Source of the DNA: Aerosakkonema funiforme BLCC-F2
Lineage (GTDB): Bacteria; Cyanobacteriota; Cyanobacteriia; Cyanobacteriales; Aerosakkonemataceae
Reading direction: 5' to 3' (one strand)
Assembly: GCF_041929185.1 (NCBI RefSeq)
Contig: NZ_JBHFNO010000043.1
DNA: 26,008 nucleotides
Shown here: one piece after another, positions 1 to 7,717 of the stretch
Layout of the letters: the number at the start of each line of letters is the position of its first letter
Position numbering within the stretch: the stretch's first letter is position 1
Notes under the pieces: model-generated
Seen by the model: only the letters and a program-made list of their open reading frames with translations
The model's database searches: none
What the model was told of the DNA's origin: nothing
Position numbers and translations under genes: made by a program

Positions 1-2
1 GC

Positions 3-731
3 TTTCTCAAAGGCAGTACACAGTTAGCCGAATTTATGCGTAACTTTATCACTTCAGACGAAACATCGGCCTCCTCTATAATTAACGTCGAAGTCAATGG
101 AGTTAAGCGCTATTATTTAGTTGCCGCGCAGAAATATCGGCAAGGTGGAGCAACTGTATCGGTAGGCATTGATGTTACCGATCGCATGGAAGCCGAAGAA
201 GCTTTACGAATTGCCGAAGAAAATTATCGCAGTATCTTTGAAAACGCACTAGAAGGGATCTTCCAAGCTACAGCTCAAGGCTCCTTCATCAGCTTAAATC
301 CCGCAATGGCACGCATCTATGGCTATGACTCTGGCGAAGAAATGATGGCTGCCATTACCGACATTGGCACTCAACTTTATGTTGACCCAGAGAGGATAAA
401 TGAATTCTTTCAAGAGATGGAAGAGAATGGCAAAGTTACAGACTTTGAATATCGAGCTTATCGCAAAGATGGCAGTATCGTTTGGGTGGAGCAGGATACC
501 CGCGCTGTCCGCGATAGCAGCGGTAATGTACTTTATTATGAAGGTTTAATCCAGGACATCACCCAGCGCAAGCGCCAAGAAGAAGAACTCAAACGCCAGT
601 TGCAAGAACTCCGCATTGAAATCGACCAACAAAAACGTCAGCAGGAAGTTGCTGCTATTACCCAAAGCGATTATTTCCAAGAAATACAGTCAGAAGCGGA
701 TAGCCTGAATGTAGATGATTTTTGGAATTAG
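3..731 (+). CDS. PAS-domain signalling protein, 5'-truncated at the window edge (PAS fold followed by charged coiled-coil tail)
   Basis: Frame is open from nt 3 with no upstream stop, so the listed Met at 36 is probably internal. PAS-like segments SIFENALEGIF, NPAMARIYGY, YRKDGSIVWVEQD, YYEGLIQDITQRK; K/E/Q-rich heptad-like C-terminus; stop TAG 729-731. Confidence 0.6.
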   Translation, partial: FLKGSTQLAEFMRNFITSDETSASSIINVEVNGVKRYYLVAAQKYRQGGATVSVGIDVTDRMEAEEALRIAEENYRSIFENALEGIFQATAQGSFISLNPAMARIYGYDSGEEMMAAITDIGTQLYVDPERINEFFQEMEENGKVTDFEYRAYRKDGSIVWVEQDTRAVRDSSGNVLYYEGLIQDITQRKRQEEELKRQLQELRIEIDQQKRQQEVAAITQSDYFQEIQSEADSLNVDDFWN

Positions 732-875
732 GTTTGACAAGCGAAGATATACAGAACTTTTCAACGCTTTTGAACAATCTTAAATAAATGGAATATAAAG
801 GTTATTGTGGAGGGTGACATTGGATGATTTCCAACTATTTTTCCCTTAAAAGGCTCTTATTCAGGAGCTAACAAA

Positions 876-1358
876 ATGAATCAGGGTGGCAAAGCAAATG
901 AATTTGGTAAACGTTTAGAAAGTCTTGTAGAAACAACATTGCAAACACACGGATATATTAATTTATGCAACCAAGTACCTGAAAAGCAACGCTTAGAAAC
1001 ACTCCATTATGCTATCGTACCAAAACGATATGGCAAGCAGGTTTACATCGGTAAGGGAATTTATGAAACTGATATTAAGGTAGATTTTTACGTTGTTGGT
1101 TTACCAACTATTCCTCATCGCTTAATCATCGAATGCAAATGGCAACAAACTAAAGGCTCGGTTGATGAAAAATTTCCCTACTTAAATTTAAATATTCTAG
1201 AACATTATCTAGAGAAAACTATTGTAATAATTGCTGGAACATCGGCTAGGGAAGGAGCAATTAAGTGGTTTGAAAACCGGGTAAAAGATAATCCAAACCT
1301 TTTGGCAGTCTATAATTCGATGGATAGTTTTATGGTATGGGCAAACAGAAATTTTTAA
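876..1358 (+). CDS. small PD-(D/E)xK-like nuclease, candidate restriction endonuclease partner of the convergent Dam-family methyltransferase
   Basis: 160 aa; AGGAG about 10 nt upstream of ATG; D...ECK arrangement (ETDIKVDFYVV ... LIIECKWQ) typical of PD-(D/E)xK catalytic cores. 3' end overlaps the 3' end of the methyltransferase gene by 29 nt (convergent pair). AT-rich like its partner. Unusually small for a type II REase. Confidence 0.4.
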   Translation: MNQGGKANEFGKRLESLVETTLQTHGYINLCNQVPEKQRLETLHYAIVPKRYGKQVYIGKGIYETDIKVDFYVVGLPTIPHRLIIECKWQQTKGSVDEKFPYLNLNILEHYLEKTIVIIAGTSAREGAIKWFENRVKDNPNLLAVYNSMDSFMVWANRNF

Positions 1359-2190
1359 CTCTTACTAAAACTTCAGAAATCATGCCCCTTTTCTTCGCAT
1401 TGGAGTTAATATACCTTGCTGCTAATATATCCTCAATATGAAAATCTTTGTACAATTCTCGAATAAATTCGCAATTGGAATTAGACAGCATTACTTTTAC
1501 GTCTTGACTGGCGAGTTTGGCAAACACTTCTTTTAGCCTAATTTGGTCTTCTTTCCTAAACGCATTGCGAGTATAAGCTGTAAATTCGCTGGTATTGCTG
1601 AGAGGATAGTACGGGGGATCGAAATAAACAAAATCATCGCTAGTTTTCGCATAATCTAAAACAGCCTCAAAACTTCTTTCTGCAATCTCAACGCCTTGAA
1701 GTGTTTTTGATACTGTGTAAAGTAAATCTGGATTAGAAATTTTAGGATTTTTGTATTTACCTACAGGTACGTTAAATTCACCTTTCGGGTTAACTCTATA
1801 AAGACCGTTGAAGCAAGTTTTATTGAGATAAATAAACCGCGCAGCTGCTTCTAACCCCTTCAAATCATGGCAATTTCGTAAATTGTAATAGTAATCTGAA
1901 TTATGTTTTTGTTGATGTTCTTCCAAAAGAGCAATCAACTTATCAACACGATCTCTAACACAAATATATGTATTAATTAAGTCAGGATTAATATCTGTTA
2001 AAACAGCTTTGAATGCTGGTCGAGTTTGTTTAAGGTAAAAGAATACTGCACCGCCTCCCAAAAAAGGTTCGTAATAGGTCTTAAATTCCTTGGGAAAAAA
2101 TGTCTCATATTGAGTAATCAACTTACTTTTACCACCAGCCCATTTGAGAAACGGACGAACAGAAACCTTGTCTTTAGCAGTAGTGGACAT
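1330..2190 (-). CDS. Dam-family N6-adenine DNA methyltransferase (GATC-type, DpnM/MboIA/Dam-like)
   Basis: 286 aa. N-terminal FLKWAGGKSKL (AdoMet-binding motif of the Dam family) and catalytic DPPY motif (FVYFDPPYYPLS). About 35% GC and no HIP1 sites, unlike the flanking DNA. Confidence 0.85.
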   Translation of the reverse strand: MSTTAKDKVSVRPFLKWAGGKSKLITQYETFFPKEFKTYYEPFLGGGAVFFYLKQTRPAFKAVLTDINPDLINTYICVRDRVDKLIALLEEHQQKHNSDYYYNLRNCHDLKGLEAAARFIYLNKTCFNGLYRVNPKGEFNVPVGKYKNPKISNPDLLYTVSKTLQGVEIAERSFEAVLDYAKTSDDFVYFDPPYYPLSNTSEFTAYTRNAFRKEDQIRLKEVFAKLASQDVKVMLSNSNCEFIRELYKDFHIEDILAARYINSNAKKRGMISEVLVRVKNFCLPIP

Positions 2191-2523
2191 CGATCTAAAA
2201 ACCTAACTTATAAAAAATGTAGAGGGATTAATAATCTTATCAAAATTAAACTCAAAAATCTGATGACAACACCACGAAAAGAACAGTTTAGCTTGTCCGA
2301 TCGGTCAATGTCTGGGTGATGCGGTAGGCAGTCGGGTAGAAGGCGATCCGCCGGATGTCTGCCAAAATTATGTTAACTGCGAACTGAAGGCGAAGCAACC
2401 AACAGATCGCGATCGCTTTCCTTTCCCCTTTGGACAGTATACCGACGATTTGCAGCTAGCGCGAGAACTTTTGCAAAGTTATGTTGCGTGCGGTAAGTTT
2501 GACGCCCGCTCTCCCGCTCTTCC

Positions 2524-3174
2524 CTAGCCCCTAAACAAGTCCGCGCTGCGCCATAGATACCAGGAAGCGATCGTGCGATAAGGCTTCCACCGCTGTCCCA
2601 CACGATCGACAGTTTTTTTGTCAGGAAGTTCGCTTAAGTTATAGATGCGGCGAATACCGGCACGAATACCTAAATCATCAACAGGTAAAATATCCCAGCG
2701 ATGCAGGCGGAAGATTAACAACATTTCCACCGTCCAACGTCCGATACCTTTAATTGGCATTAAAGTTTGAACGATCGTTTCGTCATCGCACTCGGACAAT
2801 TGCGCTAAAGTTGGCAATCCATCCTGTATTTTTTGAGCTAAATCTTTCAAATAAGAGATTTTGGGACGAGAAATACCTATTTGTCGCAACACTTCGTCTG
2901 GTGTGTTAAGCACATCTAATGCACTAGGGAAAGGTCGATCCGGATAAAGCTGTTCAAATCTACGAAAAATGGTTGCGGCTGCTTTGATGGAAAGTTGCTG
3001 ATAAACGATCGATCGCGATAAGGAAAACAGTAGGTCGCCACGAAACTGTACGCGATCGAGTTCGCAAACACCCACGCGATCGATTAGATTTGCCAAAATC
3101 GGATCGGACTCTTTAAGAGTAGCGAGAGCGAGTGAGTAATCTATCTTCAATTCCGACTGTGCAAGGGAGTCCAT
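2524..3174 (-). CDS. HhH-GPD DNA glycosylase, AlkA-like DNA-3-methyladenine glycosylase II
   Basis: 216 aa. Helix-hairpin-helix plus Gly/Pro-rich loop and catalytic Asp: LMPIKGIGRWTVEMLLIFRLHRWDILPVDDLGIRAGIRRIY. Confidence 0.8.
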   Translation of the reverse strand: MDSLAQSELKIDYSLALATLKESDPILANLIDRVGVCELDRVQFRGDLLFSLSRSIVYQQLSIKAAATIFRRFEQLYPDRPFPSALDVLNTPDEVLRQIGISRPKISYLKDLAQKIQDGLPTLAQLSECDDETIVQTLMPIKGIGRWTVEMLLIFRLHRWDILPVDDLGIRAGIRRIYNLSELPDKKTVDRVGQRWKPYRTIASWYLWRSADLFRG

Positions 3175-3876
3175 TTGTTTGATAGTAGGATCTTAGTTAA
3201 GGAATTGTAGGTTGGGTTGACGCCAGGAAACCCAACACTACCCCCTTTATCTTCTTCCTCTTCTATAAGCGCTCTTCGCGTCTAATTCGCTATCGCGAAT
3301 CGCTTCGCTAAGGCGGTTCGTTAAAAAAGGGGGTAATCAACCCGGATTTAATATAATCCCTAACTATCCTAACCGAGTTTAGGCTAAAACGCGGGTAGTC
3401 TAGATTCGACTGGATAGTCGATCGCGCAAATACAGGCAGCATGGTGATTATTACTACATCAGATCGAGAGAAGTCTTTCCTGAAATCAAAAACCATATAG
3501 TGAAATTGTCAGATCCGAGTTTTTTGATGAGCTTGGCAAGGCTGAATAAACCGGGTTTCTCAACGTCAAATCTGGGCTTTCAAGGATAGTTGTAAGAAAC
3601 CCGGTTTCTGACTATGGTCGAACCTTCCGGAACTTTATTTAAAGGCTGCGAATCTTAGAACAGGATCGGCAAAAAATCAATTTTTTGCGAGCAATTCCAA
3701 TAGTCGAAAAGCCCTGAGCTAGGTATTGCGATTTAGCTCCTCATCTTAACTTTCCTGAGCTTTCAGCTTTAAAGGGGTTGAGTGCAAGCGTTTATTTAGA
3801 AACGTATTGCCTAAATTTTGCCGATCTATTTCTGGGCTAGTTTAACACCAAACTTAATTCCTTAAGGAGAACATTC

Positions 3877-4452
3877 ATGAAGTTTCTAAACCTATTTCTG
3901 GCTGCGGCTACATTAATTAGTTCTTTTCCTAGCGCCGCTTTTGCTAATGCCAAAGTTCAAATTTTAGGCGCAAGCTATGGTGGTAGCGGTTGTCCGAATC
4001 TATCCGCCAGCGTGAGCGTTAGCCCGGACGGTCAAGAGCTAACTATTCTATTCGATAAGTTTACAGCTCTGGGGAATGTGGCAGCAGAAAGACGGAAAAG
4101 CTGTAATTTGAGCATTCCGATCAAGTTACCTCAAGGCTATCAAATTTCCCTCTACGATGCTGATTATCGCGGCTATGTTGCGCCTGGAACTACTGCGAAC
4201 TTACGAGCGGAATACTTTTTTGCGGGTAATCGCGGCCCAGTTTTTTCTCGGACTTTCAGGGGCGAAACTAACTATAACGTTCGAGATAGTTTATCAACTG
4301 TGGCTAATGTTTGGTCGAGCTGTGGCGATAGTGTAAATATGCGGGTGAATGCGGCGATGACCGCCAGCGGTTCCGGAATGGCCACCGTTGACTCTTTCGA
4401 TCTCGCTCACCGTGGTTTAGTTTATCACATCAAATATCGCAGCTGTCGCTAA
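3877..4452 (+). CDS. secreted hypothetical protein with N-terminal signal peptide
   Basis: AAGGAG 8 nt upstream of ATG. N-terminus MKFLNLFLAAATLISSFPSAAFA-NA has n/h/c regions with an AXA cleavage site. Four Cys (two potential disulfides). 191 aa, no enzymatic motif recognised. Confidence 0.6.
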   Translation: MKFLNLFLAAATLISSFPSAAFANAKVQILGASYGGSGCPNLSASVSVSPDGQELTILFDKFTALGNVAAERRKSCNLSIPIKLPQGYQISLYDADYRGYVAPGTTANLRAEYFFAGNRGPVFSRTFRGETNYNVRDSLSTVANVWSSCGDSVNMRVNAAMTASGSGMATVDSFDLAHRGLVYHIKYRSCR

Positions 4453-4460
4453 TTGAAAGA

Positions 4461-4490
4461 GCGGGGGCTATATGCCCCTGTTTCTGTCTG
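4461..4490 (+). terminator. candidate intrinsic terminator downstream of the secreted-protein gene
   Basis: GC hairpin GCGGGGGC-TATAT-GCCCCTG followed by TTTCTGTCT, starting 9 nt after the stop at 4452. Confidence 0.4.
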
Positions 4491-4612
4491 GTGCGGGATT
4501 GCGATCGTCAAGTAATATGGTAGAAATTGTTTACTGAGTCTCTGGCAACCAAATCGTTGCCTGACCAGGCGCACTCAGCCCAGACACTAATTTAAGTTAT
4601 CAGCACCTACCG

Positions 4613-5737
4613 ATGGAAAAGAAACCACAGCAACCCCTGTATATATTAAAAAAAGCGCAGCCGCCAAATGCTGAAGCACCTACACCCTTACCGCAGTTAC
4701 AAGAAACAAATCAGCCTCTGAACGAACTTTTGGAAAAGCCGAAAGAGCAAAAACTCGACCTTTCGCTTAAGCTAAAAACCAAGCCGAAACTGAAGGAATC
4801 GAATCAGGTAAAAGAGAAGATAATTTATCCCAAAATAGAGAGGGCGAGATTGCGCCAGATGCGGTATTATGAAAGGGGAAAAAGACAAGCTCCTCCCTCT
4901 CATCCTGTCGGGACTCCTCAAGATGACCAATTCCAGCACAGGGCGATTGGTTTGATTTCTGCGAAATATATACCTTCTACAGCACATAAAAATAGCAAAG
5001 AATGGTTTAAAGGCATTCTGCTGACAGAAGACAATACGAGCGTTGATGCGGTAGTGTTGGGAAAAGTAAAAGCAGTGATTCAATCACCCAAACTCGACCC
5101 AGAAAAAGAGCGTCTGTTTGTTGTCTATCCCAGAACTCCTCAAGTTAACAAACAGCCAAAAAAGGAAGAAACCGATAAAGAGCCGGGAAAATCTGATTTA
5201 TCCGATGCAGAATCAGCAGTTGAAAAACCGCAAACTGAGGGTGAAATAAAGCAACCAACTAATGAAGCCAATCAAGCTAATGAAGCTAATGAAGCTAATC
5301 AAGCTAATCAAATTTCTGCCCCAGCGTCTGAGGATTCCCAAAATCAACGATCGCCAAAACTTCACGTACAAATATGCGGGATTTGGGAGCCGGAAATATT
5401 CCAACAAGGCATGGAACTTAAGCCGGATTATCCCATCGAACCGGATTACTTTTCTGTACATGGAGAAGTGATATTTCAAAATCAGGAAGAGCAGTGGATT
5501 TTGGTCAAAATTATCCAAGCTCCGAAACAACCAGATGGCAAACCGTTCTTTTTTAAATTGAAACTATGGGGGAATCTCGGCTGTAAAGCTTGCAAGCAAC
5601 TTTGGTCTTTTAAAGTCAAGCGGGAAGGGGAAGATTTGAAAATTGTCAGTTCCGAAAAGATCGGGATTTTTGTATCGGATAGGAAAAAGTTTAAGGGCAA
5701 AGGAAAAAAACCAAAAAGTAAGCCGAGAAAAGGATAA
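4613..5737 (+). CDS. K/P/E/Q-rich low-complexity hypothetical protein with NEANQA tandem peptide repeat and a more globular Cys-containing C-terminal region
   Basis: 374 aa ORF. DNA tandem repeat AATGAAGCCAATCAAGCT gives NEANQANEANEANQANQ. Lys-rich tail KKFKGKGKKPKSKPRKG. Exact start uncertain. Confidence 0.45.
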   Translation: MEKKPQQPLYILKKAQPPNAEAPTPLPQLQETNQPLNELLEKPKEQKLDLSLKLKTKPKLKESNQVKEKIIYPKIERARLRQMRYYERGKRQAPPSHPVGTPQDDQFQHRAIGLISAKYIPSTAHKNSKEWFKGILLTEDNTSVDAVVLGKVKAVIQSPKLDPEKERLFVVYPRTPQVNKQPKKEETDKEPGKSDLSDAESAVEKPQTEGEIKQPTNEANQANEANEANQANQISAPASEDSQNQRSPKLHVQICGIWEPEIFQQGMELKPDYPIEPDYFSVHGEVIFQNQEEQWILVKIIQAPKQPDGKPFFFKLKLWGNLGCKACKQLWSFKVKREGEDLKIVSSEKIGIFVSDRKKFKGKGKKPKSKPRKG

Positions 5738-5870
5738 ATACTCAGCAGTTAGAGGGTGCGATCGCAATGGCCGCACCTGCAACTGTAGCGATCGAATCAA
5801 CTCCGATCGACTTATTTTACAACAGGTGAACACAGGAATTGCAGTCACAACCTATACAGGGAAAAGCCAG

Positions 5871-6470
5871 ATGAAATTAAAAGAGCAACCTGAAATTGCA
5901 TTGGCGGTGGAAGACTTAGGCATTCCGCTGACCCTCCGCATCAATGGCAAAACCTACTCCTTGCGTGTAGAGGCGCGAGTAACGTTATTAGATGCGCTGC
6001 GGGAATATTTAGGGCTAACGGGAACAAAAAAAGGATGCGATCGCGGACAATGTGGCGCTTGTACAGTTTTGTGCGACGGAGAGCGGATTTACTCGTGTTT
6101 GGCTCTTGCGGCGATGCAAGACGGAAAAGAAATTACTACGATTGAAGGTTTAGCCAACGGCGATACTCTCCATCCCGTACAAGCTGCGTTTATCGAACAA
6201 GACGGCTTTCAGTGCGGCTATTGCACCCCCGGTCAAATTTGCGCTTCTGTAGCGCTGATCGAGGAAGTAAAACAGGGATGTGCGAGTGCAGTAACGCCGG
6301 ATCTCACCCATCCTCCCCAACTCGCCGAACTCTCAGAATCGGAAATCAAAGAACGTCTCAGCGGTAACTTGTGCCGATGCGGTGCCTATAACGGTATTGT
6401 CGCAGCTGTTGGACAAGCGATCGGACAAACACCCCCACCCCCCGAAGCGCTTGTTCTCGTTGAGGAGTAA
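5871..6470 (+). CDS. [2Fe-2S]-binding small subunit of a molybdenum hydroxylase (xanthine dehydrogenase/aldehyde oxidoreductase/CO dehydrogenase family; PaoA/CoxS-like)
   Basis: Two canonical cluster motifs: CDRGQCGACTV (plant-ferredoxin-like) and QCGYCTPG plus CRCGAY (second 2Fe-2S). Start moved to the internal ATG at 5871 (MKLKEQPEIA...); the 76 residues upstream in the listed ORF are Arg/Ser-rich junk overlapping the previous gene. No twin-arginine signal. Confidence 0.85.
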   Translation: MKLKEQPEIALAVEDLGIPLTLRINGKTYSLRVEARVTLLDALREYLGLTGTKKGCDRGQCGACTVLCDGERIYSCLALAAMQDGKEITTIEGLANGDTLHPVQAAFIEQDGFQCGYCTPGQICASVALIEEVKQGCASAVTPDLTHPPQLAELSESEIKERLSGNLCRCGAYNGIVAAVGQAIGQTPPPPEALVLVEE

Positions 6471-6521
6471 TATCATATCCGGTAGCATCGGTATCATAAA
6501 AAATGCGTTCGATCGGAATTC

Positions 6522-6562
6522 TTATCTGCGTTCATCTGCGTTCATCTGTCTTTCATCTGCGG
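6522..6562. repeat. direct 10-mer repeats (TTCATCTGCG, about 3.5 copies) in the 251-bp gap between the small and medium subunit genes
   Basis: cttATCTGCGttcATCTGCGttcATCTGtctttcATCTGCGg read directly. Confidence 0.5.
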
Positions 6563-6721
6563 TAAAAATTTAACCCTTAATTCCCACAGATAATCTTTCG
6601 CATCAGTCATGTACTACCGATACAACCGGACACGATATAATTTCCTAATTTTTCTGCTTTTCTTCAAAACTAATTGCACAGATAAAACGCTCTATTTTCT
6701 ATTCCGAGACAAAGCCAAATC

Positions 6722-7717
6722 ATGAAAAACTTTGCTTACATTCGCGCCACTTCAGTGCAAGAGGCAGTAACGCGAGCGATCGACGATAATGAAGCAAGAT
6801 TCATTGCTGGCGGTACAAACTTGCTCGATCGCATCAAGGGATATCTGGAAAATCCATCCCAAGTAATCGATATTTCCCGCCTCCAGATGCAGCCGATCGA
6901 ACCCTTACCGGCAGGGGGTTTGCGGATTGGAGCCTTAGCAACGAATACCGCTGTTGCCGATTATCCCTACGTGCGACGCCACTACCCGCTATTATCTCGC
7001 GCCATTCTCTCCGGTGCTTCCCAACAAATCCGCAACGTCGCTACAGTGGGAGGCAATCTCCTCCAACGCACGCGCTGTGCTTATTTTTACGATCCGGCTT
7101 TCCCTTGCAATAAGCGACAGCCCGGAAGCGGTTGCGCTGCGATCGCGGGAATAAACCGCACTCATGCTATCTTGGGTGCAAGCGATCGATGCGTTGCCGT
7201 GCATCCTTCCGATATGTGCGTTGCTCTGGCTGCTCTCGATGCTGTTGTGGAAGTGGAAGGATGGCAGGGGACGCGACAAATTCCTTTTGATGACTTCCAC
7301 CGTTTGCCGGGAAATACCCCCGAACGCGATACCAATTTAGAAGTTGGGGAACTGATTACCGCAGTCATTCTGCCGGCTTTACCAGCTGCTAAATCGGGTG
7401 TATATCTGAAATTGCGCGATCGTACTTCCTATACTTTTGCTTTAGTTTCTGTAGCGGCTGCTGTCGAAGTAGCAGATAATCGCATTCGGGATGTTCGCAT
7501 CGCGCTCGGTGGAGTTGCCCATAAACCTTGGCGAGCTTTGGAAGCAGAACAATTTTTGCGGGAAAAACCTGTGGATGTTGCTTTATTCCAACAAGCAGCA
7601 AACATCTCTTTACAAGAAGCCAAACCGCTACAACATAACAGTTTTAAAGTTGAAATGGCAAAACGAGCGATCGAGAAAGCGCTAGTTACATCGGTTCAGA
7701 AAGGAAGCAACGTATGA
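6722..7717 (+). CDS. FAD-binding medium subunit of the molybdenum hydroxylase (PaoB/CoxM/XdhB-like)
   Basis: 331 aa. N-terminal FAD-binding PCMH-type signature: FAYIRATSVQEAV...RFIAGGTNLLDRIK...ATVGGNL. ATGA overlap with the downstream large subunit. Confidence 0.85.
   Translation: MKNFAYIRATSVQEAVTRAIDDNEARFIAGGTNLLDRIKGYLENPSQVIDISRLQMQPIEPLPAGGLRIGALATNTAVADYPYVRRHYPLLSRAILSGASQQIRNVATVGGNLLQRTRCAYFYDPAFPCNKRQPGSGCAAIAGINRTHAILGASDRCVAVHPSDMCVALAALDAVVEVEGWQGTRQIPFDDFHRLPGNTPERDTNLEVGELITAVILPALPAAKSGVYLKLRDRTSYTFALVSVAAAVEVADNRIRDVRIALGGVAHKPWRALEAEQFLREKPVDVALFQQAANISLQEAKPLQHNSFKVEMAKRAIEKALVTSVQKGSNV

Noticed and set aside
2373-2603. 76-aa minus-strand ORF overlapping the 3' end of the AlkA-like gene
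   Set aside because: It overlaps a well-supported gene in another frame, has Arg/Ser-rich composition and no start context.
4772-5848. Several minus-strand ORFs (103, 105, 72, 94 aa) inside the K/P/E-rich gene
   Set aside because: Antisense to a long ORF in AT- and repeat-rich DNA; hydrophobic junk translations.
5643-5870. N-terminal 76-residue extension of the 2Fe-2S subunit ORF
   Set aside because: Arg/Ser-rich, overlaps the 3' end of the preceding gene, and the ferredoxin-like fold starts right after the internal Met at 5871.
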